A DNA stretch of 53,431 nucleotides from a virus (Duplodnaviria > Caudoviricetes). Position numbers and translations under genes: made by a program. Within the stretch, counting starts at the first letter, position 1. Each line of letters begins with the position of its first letter. A model generated the notes under the pieces. That model had not been told where the DNA came from. It saw only the letters and a program-made list of their open reading frames with translations, and ran no database searches. Shown piece by piece: positions 17,595 through 26,653 of this stretch. The DNA is taken from positions 1 to 53,431 of the IMG/VR virus record IMGVR_UViG_3300014152_000002; one strand, 5' to 3'.

Positions 17595-18133
17595 CCACGA
17601 TCCTCGCGCTCGACCTTTCAAAAAACGTCGGGTGGGCGCGATGGCGCGAGGGCACCGACCGTATCGCGTCCGGCTCGGTGAGCGTTGGGCGCGAATCGGC
17701 CGGGCAAACGATGGCCTGTTTCCGAGATTTTCTCATGGATCAGGTAATCGGCAACAGCGTGACGCATCTCGTAATCGAATCGGCGTTCGTCTCCGAAAAG
17801 AACGCCTCCTCGGCGGCGCGGTTATTTGGTCTGGCGGCTTTCGCGGACGAAGTGGCCTACAGGCGCGGCATTGGCCCCGTGGAGCGCGTGACTGCCTTTG
17901 CATGGAGGAAACACTTCATCGGGCAGGCGACGGCCCCGAAGACGCTGGCAGCGAAGCACCGGCGGGCATGGTTGAAAAATGAGGCCGTGGCGCGCTGCCG
18001 CAACCTCGGGATCGACGTTAAATCTGATGACGAGGCCGACGCGATCGGGGTGCTTTACTACGAGCGGGCCCGCCTCTTTCCAGCGTATGGCGTAGAAGGC
18101 GAGTTAGGTCTACGGATGAACGAACCTTTCTGA
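17591..18133 (+). CDS. RuvC-like Holliday junction resolvase
   Basis: ILALDLS..VGWA, LVIES, WRKHFIG and DDEADAIGVL. Confidence 0.8.
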   Translation: MTTILALDLSKNVGWARWREGTDRIASGSVSVGRESAGQTMACFRDFLMDQVIGNSVTHLVIESAFVSEKNASSAARLFGLAAFADEVAYRRGIGPVERVTAFAWRKHFIGQATAPKTLAAKHRRAWLKNEAVARCRNLGIDVKSDDEADAIGVLYYERARLFPAYGVEGELGLRMNEPF

Positions 18134-18162
18134 TTTGCTCAAACCTCTGCGGAGGGTGCTGT

Positions 18163-18504
18163 ATGGAAATGCGTCTTGCTGATTTATCGTCTGAATTGCG
18201 TCTCAACGACGCCGAGCGCGAGTTGGTCGCGCAATTTGTCCGCCAGTTGCGGGGCAACCATATCGCCGGGGGCGTGCGGCGAGCGGTGAAATACCAGGAA
18301 TGTCTTGAGGCGCTTTGGCGCACGGCGTATCGCAAGCAGGAGGCCGCCGAGCGCGCCTGCCAGCCAGTGAGCGCGACAGCCGAGGCGCTGGACGCCGCAG
18401 CCAATATCATCGTCGCTGTGTTACTGCATCAGCCCGACATCAAGCCTCTCCTCGACGGTCTCGGCAAGCGCGTGCGCGCCGCGAATTGGGGCAAGCGGGG
18501 ATGA
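18163..18504 (+). CDS. Hypothetical protein
   Basis: GGAGG RBS. Coupled to the helicase gene. Confidence 0.55.
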   Translation: MEMRLADLSSELRLNDAERELVAQFVRQLRGNHIAGGVRRAVKYQECLEALWRTAYRKQEAAERACQPVSATAEALDAAANIIVAVLLHQPDIKPLLDGLGKRVRAANWGKRG

Positions 18505-20189
18505 GCGACCCGCTCCGCAACGTCGAAGCGGAACAAACGCTGCTTGGAACGATCCTGCTGCGCCCTGACGGACTTGATTGCGTCGCTGGCATGATCGGGA
18601 CGGATCATTTCTCTGAACCGCTCCACGGCGAGATTTACCGCGCCGCGACGCTGGCGAAGGCGCAGGGGTTAACGCCGTCGCTGATGACGGTCGGCCAAGC
18701 GATGAGTTCGCTTGAAATGCCGGAAGGGTTCGAGCTTAGGCCATATCTCGCGCGGCTTGTCACCGGTGCGGTTCCGAGCGCGATGGCCGTCGAATATGCC
18801 GAGATGATTGTCGAGCTATGGCGCCGACGCGAGATCGTCGCCTCATTGAACACGATCCGCGATGCGGCAGCGAAAGGCGACGTCGGTCCCCTCTCGACAA
18901 CCGCGCTGGCGTTGGCGCGCGAGGAATTCGGGCGGCTTGAATCACGGGTATCAACCGCGGGGCATGGACGCGAGAAGCGGCTAGGGCGCATTTCCATAGG
19001 CGAGATCGCTGGGCGTCCCATTGCAGCGCCTGACTTTGTGATTGACGGCTGGATGATCGCCCGCGAGCAATCATTCATGGCCGGCGAGCCACAGAGCGGC
19101 AAGAGCTTCCTCGCGCTGCACGCGGCCATGTGCATCTCCACGGGGCGCGACGTGCTCGGTCTCAAGACGAACAGGGGGCTCGTGATCTATCAAAGCGGGG
19201 AATCGGGCGTCGGGGTGGCGCAACTCCGCGGGCCCGCATGGCTGAAGCACTTCGGCTCCGACGAGGATCCTGCAAGCATCCCATTCGAGCTTATCCCGGC
19301 GCGCGTGAATCTATTTCGTCCGGATGGCAACGCCGAGGAGTTCCACCAGGTCGTCAAAGCCATCGCCCGCGAATGGGAGGACCGCTACCCGCTGCGCGCC
19401 ATCTTCATCGACACCATGAGCAAGGTGATGAGCGGGGCGAACGAGAACGATGGGCGCGACGTCGGGCGGGTGCTCGAACAGGCCGAGCGGCTATCGCGCG
19501 ACACTGGCGCCCATGTGTGCCTCGTCCACCATCTGCCCAAGAACGGAACCGGTATGCGCGGCCACGGCTCGCTCAAGGGCGACACGGACACCGTAGCCAT
19601 GATCTCTGTCGAGGAGACGAAGGTGAGGACGATCCGCTTCGACAAGGTGAAAGACGGCGAGAACGGCGGGAAATTGAATTTCGAGTTGATGCAGGTTGAC
19701 CTGGGCCAGCGCGAGGACGGCGCGCGGATCACAAGCTGCGTCGTGCTTCAGGTCGGGCAGAAAGACCTTGCGCGCAAGACCGCCGAGGCCAAAGGGTTTG
19801 CGCTTGGCGTGAACGAAGCCCCGATATTCGATGCGCTCGCCAAGGCGATCAAGCGCGCCGGACGCTTCGCGGACAATGAAATGGAAGAGCAAGGAGTCCC
19901 CGCCGCGACATATGCCGTCGATTGGAATATATGGAAAGAGGAATATCGTCTTTCTGCAACCCCCGAGGAAAACGGCTCCGCGCCGACTGACGACCTAATC
20001 CGCAAGCATTATAAGAGATATGGCGAGCCGATGGCGAAGCGGTTTAAGATCATCGGGCGCAGCGGGCGCTGGTTGTGGATCGGAAACAAGCCCGTGCGCG
20101 GCTATCCAGAAACATATCCTGAAAAGGACAAATCAGAGACGCGGGGCGGACAAATCCCGCCGAGCGAGGAAGTAGCGGGGGCGTTTTGA
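18501..20189 (+). CDS. Replicative helicase: DnaB N-terminal domain plus AAA_25/RepA-type ATPase
   Basis: NVEAEQTLLGTIL...DHFSEPLH..IY; Walker A GEPQSGKS; IFIDT; LVHH; MRGHGSL. Confidence 0.88.
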   Translation: MSDPLRNVEAEQTLLGTILLRPDGLDCVAGMIGTDHFSEPLHGEIYRAATLAKAQGLTPSLMTVGQAMSSLEMPEGFELRPYLARLVTGAVPSAMAVEYAEMIVELWRRREIVASLNTIRDAAAKGDVGPLSTTALALAREEFGRLESRVSTAGHGREKRLGRISIGEIAGRPIAAPDFVIDGWMIAREQSFMAGEPQSGKSFLALHAAMCISTGRDVLGLKTNRGLVIYQSGESGVGVAQLRGPAWLKHFGSDEDPASIPFELIPARVNLFRPDGNAEEFHQVVKAIAREWEDRYPLRAIFIDTMSKVMSGANENDGRDVGRVLEQAERLSRDTGAHVCLVHHLPKNGTGMRGHGSLKGDTDTVAMISVEETKVRTIRFDKVKDGENGGKLNFELMQVDLGQREDGARITSCVVLQVGQKDLARKTAEAKGFALGVNEAPIFDALAKAIKRAGRFADNEMEEQGVPAATYAVDWNIWKEEYRLSATPEENGSAPTDDLIRKHYKRYGEPMAKRFKIIGRSGRWLWIGNKPVRGYPETYPEKDKSETRGGQIPPSEEVAGAF

Positions 20190-20404
20190 TGACCTTCCCG
20201 CCCCAACTCATGCTCGACCAGCTCGCCGCCGATGGCGTAGACATTCAGGTGATGCGCGAGCGGTACGATCGGCTTTTCCCGCGCCAATTGGACCAGGTGA
20301 CGCCAAACGACCTGCTTTGGTTTGCTCGGTTCGTGGTCGATCGGCGGAAATATCTGCGGGCGCTTGATGTCGTTGAGCGGCGCGTTGCTGTAGGAGGAGA
20401 GTGA
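20186..20404 (+). CDS. Hypothetical protein
   Basis: Coupled ORF. Confidence 0.5.
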   Translation: MMTFPPQLMLDQLAADGVDIQVMRERYDRLFPRQLDQVTPNDLLWFARFVVDRRKYLRALDVVERRVAVGGE

Positions 20405-20405
20405 A

Positions 20406-20684
20406 ATGAGACCATTAGCACCGCCGGCATGGAGGGAGCGCGCTAAGGCCATGAGCGCCGCCGGTCTCTCAACGCGGCAAATCGGCGAACAATTAGGGAT
20501 CGGCCGCACAACAATCTGGCGATGGCTGAAATCGGAAAATGGCCGGCCGCAACGCCGCGAGCGCGAGCAAGTTGTTTTTGATCGACGGGTGGCGGTCGCA
20601 AAGGCCGAGGCCAAGACCTACTCGCCTGACATTCTCGCGGCGGGACGGTTTCTGCAACCACAATTTCGGAGATATGGGCGATGA
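20406..20684 (+). CDS. HTH DNA-binding protein
   Basis: GLSTRQIGEQLGIGRTTIWRWL with an AGGAG RBS. Confidence 0.75.
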   Translation: MRPLAPPAWRERAKAMSAAGLSTRQIGEQLGIGRTTIWRWLKSENGRPQRREREQVVFDRRVAVAKAEAKTYSPDILAAGRFLQPQFRRYGR

Positions 20685-21016
20685 AGAAACAAGTCCTCAA
20701 AGACCTTTTGACCATCGCCAACGAGCACGCACGTCAGCGCGTCGCCCGCGCGGAGGAGTTGCTACGGTCAAACGATGATTTGCTTTCGCGCGCCCGTGAC
20801 GCGGAAACCGACCGACGCCTGGCGCTAGACCACATCCGCAAGCTCTGCAACGTCGCGCCCGCCGGGATAATCTGCGACGAAGGTCTGCGGATATTGGCGG
20901 GAGGGCTTCCCGCTGCGGCTCGTGGAGGCAATGTTAGTCATGGCGTGAGGCGAAATCCTCGTATTCGTGCTGTTGCCGGTGAAGCGAGAAGCCCCCGCCT
21001 GAAGGCGGGGGAGTAG
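20681..21016 (+). CDS. Hypothetical protein whose C-terminus derives from a TnpB tail
   Basis: Coiled-coil N-terminus. The last ~40 aa are ILAGGLPAAARGG...EARSPRLKAGE. Confidence 0.6.
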   Translation: MKKQVLKDLLTIANEHARQRVARAEELLRSNDDLLSRARDAETDRRLALDHIRKLCNVAPAGIICDEGLRILAGGLPAAARGGNVSHGVRRNPRIRAVAGEARSPRLKAGE

Positions 21017-21020
21017 TCAC
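20890..21020 (+). mobile_element. IS200/IS605 right-end remnant (omega-RNA-sized)
   Basis: gaagcccccgcct-ga-aggcgggggagtagTCAC is a typical IS605-group right end. It is preceded by a TnpB-type C-terminal tail sequence. Confidence 0.78.
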
Positions 21021-21108
21021 GCCTACCTCTCAGGGGCTTGCGGCGCTCGCTACGCCCACGAGAACCCACGACAAGACGCAGAGATAATGCGCGTGCTCCC
21101 TCGGAACC

Positions 21109-21699
21109 TCAAACACGGGCCTTCTCCTTGGCATCGGCGCTATCGGCCACCCCAAGAAGTTCAGGCATAAACTCGCGAATTTCCTCTTTCGTGAGGATTG
21201 AGATTCCCGAGAGCCACTTGTCGAAATGCGCGCGGCCCTTCTTTGCTTCGAACTCGGCCATTCGATAGATGCTGACATGGCCTCCGAACGGCTCCGGCCC
21301 CGGATCGGCCGCAGGGGTGTCATCTCCGGTTAGGACCGGGTGAGCTTCCCCCGCGGCCTGCGGCGGCGGTGTTGCGCCCGCATCGCCGGTTCCGGTATTC
21401 TTCGGGCGTCGCTTCAATTCGCCCGCGTCGCGCCGCGCTCGCGCGATCTGCGTCCCGGCGGCTTCGAACGCCTCGGACAGTCCCGAGTCCTTGCGGGCCA
21501 ACGCGGCCTCGATCTGCTCGACAGTCAAGCCCGCGAGGCGCTGCGCCAAGGATCGAGGCTCATGCGCGATAATCTCGGATTCAAGGACGTTGATCTCCTC
21601 GTTATCGAGACCGATGTAAATGAGACCGTTTTCGAGCGAGGTAACTTTCGCGCGGATCGTCACCATGTCGCCCACGGAAAACTTAGTTACGTCAACCAT
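21109..21699 (-). CDS. Hypothetical protein
   Basis: 196 aa, coupled leftward operon. Confidence 0.6.
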   Translation of the reverse strand: MVDVTKFSVGDMVTIRAKVTSLENGLIYIGLDNEEINVLESEIIAHEPRSLAQRLAGLTVEQIEAALARKDSGLSEAFEAAGTQIARARRDAGELKRRPKNTGTGDAGATPPPQAAGEAHPVLTGDDTPAADPGPEPFGGHVSIYRMAEFEAKKGRAHFDKWLSGISILTKEEIREFMPELLGVADSADAKEKARV

Positions 21700-21892
21700 T
21701 TGTCGTCCCTCTCTGTGCCGCCTTCGCCGCCGCGGCTAGCCGCAGCCGGCTTTCCAACTCCCGCCGCGCCATCGCGCGCGTCACGGTATCGCTCCATGCT
21801 CCCGAAATGATCTCGCGCAGTTCTGGAAGCGTCTTCTCTCTGATGCGGGTTTGTAGCGCGTCGGTGCCGTCTGTGTTTGGATCGCTCATCAT
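21692..21892 (-). CDS. Hypothetical protein
   Basis: Coupled ORF. Confidence 0.5.
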   Translation of the reverse strand: MMSDPNTDGTDALQTRIREKTLPELREIISGAWSDTVTRAMARRELESRLRLAAAAKAAQRGTTNG

Positions 21893-22224
21893 CTATTCCT
21901 ATCCGGGTCAGGTTCATCGGCTTCCAGTTTGTCAACATCGACGGCTTCAATCAGCAGCCTTTCCAACCAAAGCGGACAATCGAGGTAGAAAATGACCTCT
22001 TGCGGTAGACCTAGCCACGCTTCGCCAGGATACCGTTTGCGCGTCGTGTAGGGCCGCACGCGGATGATCTCGATCTCCGGCCCTTCGGCGGGTTGCTCCC
22101 ATGTCTGAGGAGAGCCCGGCGTGATGTAGAAATCTACCTCGCAGTAAAACGCCGCGTCGTCGTTTTCGTTTAGGGTGATGACTTGCGTGTCTGTGTGTTT
22201 GGTGCGGAAACGTGATCGTGTCAT
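21889..22224 (-). CDS. Hypothetical protein
   Basis: PGSPQTWEQPAEGPEIEI, a phage-type motif. Confidence 0.6.
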   Translation of the reverse strand: MTRSRFRTKHTDTQVITLNENDDAAFYCEVDFYITPGSPQTWEQPAEGPEIEIIRVRPYTTRKRYPGEAWLGLPQEVIFYLDCPLWLERLLIEAVDVDKLEADEPDPDRNR

Positions 22225-22583
22225 GGCTTCATCTCCCGCGCGATAACTCCGATCTCGATTGCCGCTTGAACCGCAAGCGATGGTAGGACGGCCCGCAAGG
22301 ATTCAAGCTCTTCCGAGTATTGGAAGAGAAGATGGTCGCACTCGCGTTTGCCGCGCGCCGTCGCTTCTATGGTGGCTTTTCTGACAACGGATGCGAAAAG
22401 TTCTTTCACATGGTCTGGCGCTCGATATCCGGTATATGAGGATTCGTTGAGCGTCATTCGTGCCACATCGGCAGTAAGACGCCTCGGGATAGCGCGAGCA
22501 CTGGCGACAAGCCCGTAATCCGCATCGCTCGTCAGTTCTTCGATGCGCTTCACCGTGGCGAGAAATTCAGCGAGCTTGCTCAT
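22221..22583 (-). CDS. Hypothetical protein
   Basis: Start taken at MSKLAEF. Confidence 0.5.
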   Translation of the reverse strand: MSKLAEFLATVKRIEELTSDADYGLVASARAIPRRLTADVARMTLNESSYTGYRAPDHVKELFASVVRKATIEATARGKRECDHLLFQYSEELESLRAVLPSLAVQAAIEIGVIAREMKP

Positions 22584-22683
22584 ATCGCGCCCGCCCATTG
22601 AATCGCGAGCACCAACAGCACACCGCCGATGCAGCCGATGGTCACGCCCCAGAACATTATGTTCTCGTCGTGGGTGAGGAAAC

Positions 22684-23139
22684 TCAGCCGCATGGTGTTT
22701 CTCCCTTGGCTTTCGCGAGCGCGGCAAGAGCACGACGAAATGCTCCAACGGTAAGTTTCGGCGCATGGTTGAAATTTGCCGGACGATAGATGTCCTGATC
22801 TGTTTCATCAGAGCCAATGTCGCGCTCTGCGACGGCGGCGAAGGGCTCAAGGGCCTCGATCAGCTCGCCGACGCCAGCGGCCTTGAGCGCGGCGAGATAA
22901 CGGTCAAAATGTTCCTTCCTGTTTTTCTCGGTCATTATCTTCCACCGATGATCGATTTCTCCCTGATAAAAGCCATAGCTTTTCATGAGGCCCGCCTTCG
23001 CCGCCCGTTCGATTATCGCTTCCGGTATTGTCATTCCGCTTCCCTCCGCGCGCGCTTCATTCCAAAGATTTCCTGTCGCGACAAACACCGCGCTATAGGC
23101 CCGCGCCGCCGCCTCGACCATCGCATCAGTGACTTTCAT
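22684..23139 (-). CDS. Hypothetical phage protein
   Basis: GAGGAGG RBS; MKVTDAMVEAAARA; EALEPFA...TVGAFRRA. Confidence 0.65.
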   Translation of the reverse strand: MKVTDAMVEAAARAYSAVFVATGNLWNEARAEGSGMTIPEAIIERAAKAGLMKSYGFYQGEIDHRWKIMTEKNRKEHFDRYLAALKAAGVGELIEALEPFAAVAERDIGSDETDQDIYRPANFNHAPKLTVGAFRRALAALAKAKGETPCG

Positions 23140-23149
23140 GACATCCTCC

Positions 23150-23377
23150 TCAGTTGCAATTCGTGAACTGACCGACATGACTGCAAACTCGTCGATGCAG
23201 TTGCCCATTCTGATAGGTGTCCGTATATTGCACGTTACCAACGCGATCAGTGGTTGAAGCGCCGGAGTCCGAGCCATCGCAGTAAAGCACCTGGCCAACA
23301 TAGTGGCAGGACGCGAAGGCACTGCTTGGTGCGATCAAGACTAAGAGGATAAGCGTCGTTTTCATGTTCGTCTCCAA
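23150..23377 (-). CDS. Small exported Cys-rich protein
   Basis: MKTTLILLVLIAPSSAFA|SC with the repeated motif C..VG....C (4 Cys). Confidence 0.7.
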   Translation of the reverse strand: METNMKTTLILLVLIAPSSAFASCHYVGQVLYCDGSDSGASTTDRVGNVQYTDTYQNGQLHRRVCSHVGQFTNCN

Positions 23378-23443
23378 TGTTGCTTTCAGTTGCCGCTATT
23401 TCGGCTCGAATCGTGTCCAAGAACGGCCCAAGCCCCGCGCCGA

Positions 23444-23713
23444 TCATGTCGATACCTTATCGCGCTCGCGCTGAATCCTGATAGTCAGCTCGCCGTCCAA
23501 TATCCCCAAATCCCACGCTGAGAAGCGCGACGGGGATTCGCCCTTGCCTTTCTCGGCCCAGGCGGCGACATCGCGCTCGATCCGCTCAACACGCGCCCGC
23601 TCGGCGTCGAGCACCCGCAAGCGCGCCTCTAGCTCTGGGATCGCCGCTAGGTGCGTATCGAGGCCGGCGAGGTAGTCGGAGACGTCTTGGGCTCTCATGT
23701 CCGCACCGCCCAT
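23444..23713 (-). CDS. Hypothetical protein
   Basis: ORF in the leftward operon. Confidence 0.5.
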   Translation of the reverse strand: MGGADMRAQDVSDYLAGLDTHLAAIPELEARLRVLDAERARVERIERDVAAWAEKGKGESPSRFSAWDLGILDGELTIRIQRERDKVST

Positions 23714-23858
23714 ATTCCAGCCGCGAACACAACGGCAAGCGCGAGAAAAGGGGACGCAAAGGCCAACGCGGCCAGTTGTGCGTCTGTCAGGTCGGCGGTG
23801 AGCATTTCAAGTGCGTAAGACATCTGGGTGGCTCCGTGGCAGGATAATAATTCAGCGG

Positions 23859-24383
23859 TTAGCGTGCTTCGGTTTCATTGCAGATTTTGATGAAGTGTGC
23901 GGTTTGAGCGGCCCCAGCGGCGTCCCAAGCGGCGGCCCTAGCGGCGGCCCAAGCGGCGGCCCCAGCGGCGGCCCCAGCGGCGGCCCCAGCGGCGGCCCCA
24001 GCGGCGTCCCCAGCGGCGGCCCAAGCGGCGGCCCCAGCGGCGGCCCTAGCGGCGTCCCAAGCGGCGGCCAATTCGTCGTCTGTCGCTTGTCCGTTCGCAT
24101 GACGCTCCGCGACATCTAAAGCGTGTTTTGATCGCTCATCCTTCATCAAATGCTCGACCTGACGCGCGCACCAGACTGCGAACAGCCGCCATTCCTTCGC
24201 GTGTTGCGGCTCGGCGCGGCATGCCCAAAGCGTATCATAAATTCCATTGATCTCGATGATGCGCGTATAGGGCAATGGTTCATCGTCAGCCTCGGTTTTG
24301 CCGAGGCCTTTGAGCAATTTCGCCCAACCGTCATGACACGGATGATGCGCGCGGATTCGGTTCAATGTGGTTGTGATAGGCAT
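23859..24383 (-). CDS. Phage protein with an Ala-rich (AAW/AAG/AAR) repeat
   Basis: GGAG RBS; TTLNRIRAHHPC.DGW.KLL..LGK; RLFAVWCARQV; repeats AAWDAARAAAGAAA. Confidence 0.85.
   Translation of the reverse strand: MPITTTLNRIRAHHPCHDGWAKLLKGLGKTEADDEPLPYTRIIEINGIYDTLWACRAEPQHAKEWRLFAVWCARQVEHLMKDERSKHALDVAERHANGQATDDELAAAWDAARAAAGAAAWAAAGDAAGAAAGAAAGAAAGAAAWAAARAAAWDAAGAAQTAHFIKICNETEAR
23907..24069. repeat. Tandem 12-bp variant repeats (about 13 units)
   Basis: Units gcggccccagcg, gcgtcccaagcg, gcggccctagcg and gcggcccaagcg. Confidence 0.9.
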
Positions 24384-24696
24384 TGATATTTCTCCATATT
24401 GGCAGGATAGAGGGCGGCGCTAGGCCGCCCGTGGGGGTTAGGCTTAAATAAGCGAGACCAGAGAAATCGCAGGATTGAGTGAAGCCTCGACAGCCTCGCA
24501 GGGTTGCCACTTAATGACGCCCCGCGCTTCATCGCCTTCGGCCCGGCAACGCAGGCAAAAGAATTGCACATGGCCGCTCTTGTGAGTGCCAGCCCACATC
24601 GCAGGCTTGCCGCATTCATGGCCGTAAGTTCCGATGTTGGCGTTCGAGCACTTCGTCATTTTCTCGCCCCGTGGCAGTTCGTTTCTCAGTGAATTT

Positions 24697-24798
24697 AATT
24701 TAGCACATAAAGCGGCGGTTGCAATAAGAATGTTTGGAAAAAGAAACATTATTTGGTGTGAGGCGAAGGTTGACGGCGAGGCGCGCGCTTGGTAATTT
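24697..24798. promoter_or_regulatory. Divergent sigma70-like promoters
   Basis: Rightward TTGACG (24770-75)-17 nt-TAATTT (24793-98). Leftward TTGCAA...GCTAAATT (24724-24697). Confidence 0.6.
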
Positions 24799-24804
24799 CA
24801 AATC

Positions 24805-25263
24805 ATGCCATGGCCAAACGAACTATGGGCAAAGCCGGTCTAACCCACGCTGCGGCGATCGGACGGGGTTCGGAGTAGGCGCAGCAGGCGGCGCGCATCG
24901 TCTGCCCCCTCGGATGCTTAATTTGCCGAGGGTTGTTTCGCCCGAGTGGGCAATAAGTTTCGAGCGCGCGAGGCAATGGCTGAATATGCTTCGGGATCAA
25001 AAACCGTCGATGGCCCGCTCGAAAACCTGAAACCGCGCGCACTGAGGGGAAAGTATGGGCTGCGCGGTGCCTGCACTCTTTCCCCGCCAACGTCCGAGCG
25101 GCGGCGCGAATCAACGCCCGTGAACTGGTAGGATGGACTGTCAGCGGCCCCCGCTCTTGACGCCCCACCAAACCCATGCGAACCTCACACTTCGCAACGG
25201 TTCCTCCGGGCGAGACTCCCTTAACTCAGCCCGTGCCCAGCGATGGAACGCGGGCTTTCTTTC
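24805..25263 (+). ncRNA. Candidate structured noncoding RNA upstream of terS
   Basis: Promoter upstream, terminator downstream, no convincing ORF, consecutive helices and a pseudoknot. Confidence 0.45.
25229..25263 (+). terminator. Rho-independent terminator
   Basis: Stem gcccgtg...cgcgggc followed by tttctttc. Confidence 0.6.
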
Positions 25264-25305
25264 GGCCGATTGCAAAACAAGCCGAAATGCCGCATATTCT
25301 AGGGC

Positions 25306-25770
25306 ATGATGAGCACAGACGAAGAACATTACAATCAAGAGCAAGCGGAAAAGCACGCCGGCGGGCGTCCGACGCTCTACAGGCCAGAGTATTGCGCCAG
25401 AGCTAAGGAGTTCATGGGACAGGGTTTTTCGTTAACAGCATTTGCCGGAGAGATAGACGTTTCGCGTGAGACTGTTTACGCATGGGAGCGCGGAATCCCT
25501 GAGTTTTCTGACGCAATAAAGGTCGCTAGGGCAAAACGTGTTGGTTTCCTTGAGGTTGACTTGCTCAATGCGGAAAGCGGACCAAAAGTCACATCCCGCA
25601 TATTTGCCCTGAAAAACGCTTGCGCCGACGAATGGTCGGATAAGGTTGTCCAGCAGCATCAAGGCCCGAACGGCGGCCCTGTCGAATATCGCAATCTCGA
25701 CAAGCTGACGGACGACGAGCTGCGGGTGTTGCAGGCTATCCAGATGAAGCTGGGAGATGGTGCGCAATAA
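25306..25770 (+). CDS. terS: Terminase small subunit
   Basis: GGRPTLYRPEYC, HTH (AGEIDVSRETVYAW...PEFSDAI), IFALKN and GPNGGPVE...LTDDEL. Own promoter-like TTGCAA...TATTCT just upstream. Confidence 0.82.
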   Translation: MMSTDEEHYNQEQAEKHAGGRPTLYRPEYCARAKEFMGQGFSLTAFAGEIDVSRETVYAWERGIPEFSDAIKVARAKRVGFLEVDLLNAESGPKVTSRIFALKNACADEWSDKVVQQHQGPNGGPVEYRNLDKLTDDELRVLQAIQMKLGDGAQ

Positions 25771-25807
25771 GTTTGACGAGACTAACTTATTGCGCTATGG
25801 GTTGGGC

Positions 25808-26053
25808 ATGGCAAAAGAGCCCCACACTGACCCCTTCCCGAATCTTCGCCCGCCGCGCCTATTTGCTGCGGCGTCTGACTCAGCGCCGCCGCGCGATCCA
25901 GCGCCGGCGGTCCCGGAGAAGATCGAGCAGGCCAAGGCAGCACTCGCCAAGCCGAAGCGTGGGCCGAAGAAGGGGACTGGTGGTCGGCCTCCGAAATCCG
26001 GTTCGGTTTCCAAGCGCACCGAGCAGTGGCGCAAAAAGAAGGTGCAGCCATGA
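25808..26053 (+). CDS. Small basic protein
   Basis: KRGPKKGTGGRPPKS. Start uncertain. Confidence 0.5.
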   Translation: MAKEPHTDPFPNLRPPRLFAAASDSAPPRDPAPAVPEKIEQAKAALAKPKRGPKKGTGGRPPKSGSVSKRTEQWRKKKVQP

Positions 26054-26325
26054 CGCCTGAACGAGTCAAATTGATCCGGCAAACATGGGAATATCGCCCA
26101 CATTCGGCTATGGATTATTTGCGCCAGAATGGGCGCGTATCGCTGCCGATCCGCTATGGGATTAAATCTCCACCCGAACACGACTTTACCGCTGGCCCGC
26201 GCCCTTACGATGAAATGGCTCTCGATTACGTTCACCGGCGACAATATGACGACCTAATGATGTTTCGTATTGATCGGGTCGTTTGCGACGGGATTATTGT
26301 CGCGGAGACGATAACTACTCTCTAG
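26050..26325 (+). CDS. Hypothetical protein
   Basis: ATGA coupling. Confidence 0.5.
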   Translation: MTPERVKLIRQTWEYRPHSAMDYLRQNGRVSLPIRYGIKSPPEHDFTAGPRPYDEMALDYVHRRQYDDLMMFRIDRVVCDGIIVAETITTL

Positions 26326-26341
26326 AAACGAGGAAACACGC

Positions 26342-26644
26342 ATGAAAATCTTCATTTTTTCCGTCACAGCCTTTATCGCTCTCGCTGGCGTCGCTCTGGC
26401 GCAACAGCCTCTGGCCCCGCCCCAAACCGTCGAGCAGGTGAGTGAGCAGGCCAACGGGATCATCACCGCCTTGCAAGCCCAACGCAATCAGGCCGCCGAC
26501 CAAGCCGTAACGGCCCAGGCGGCTGCGAGCAAGGCTAACAACGAGATCGAGAAGCTACGGAAGGAACTTGCCGAGGCGAAGGTTGACGCCATCAAGGCGC
26601 GCGCGGAGAAGCACGAGGCCCCGGAGCCAGAACCCGCGAAGTGA
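26342..26644 (+). CDS. Exported coiled-coil protein
   Basis: GAGGA RBS; MKIFIFSVTAFIALAGVALA|Q; heptad-rich body. Confidence 0.7.
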   Translation: MKIFIFSVTAFIALAGVALAQQPLAPPQTVEQVSEQANGIITALQAQRNQAADQAVTAQAAASKANNEIEKLRKELAEAKVDAIKARAEKHEAPEPEPAK

Positions 26645-26653
26645 GTTCGGCCG

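Noticed and set aside
23907-24069. Possible CRISPR array
   Set aside because: The 12-bp units are contiguous with no unique spacers, lie in frame inside a CDS, and no cas genes are present.
24860-25170. Canonical tmRNA, tRNA or RNase P RNA
   Set aside because: It ends in CCACCA and has a pseudoknot and a GAGGGGAAAGT segment. It lacks a TTCRA T-loop, a GGATTCGAC-type 5' motif, a G3:U70 acceptor stem, a tag ending in AA, and the RNase P 3' motif. Kept only as an unknown ncRNA candidate.
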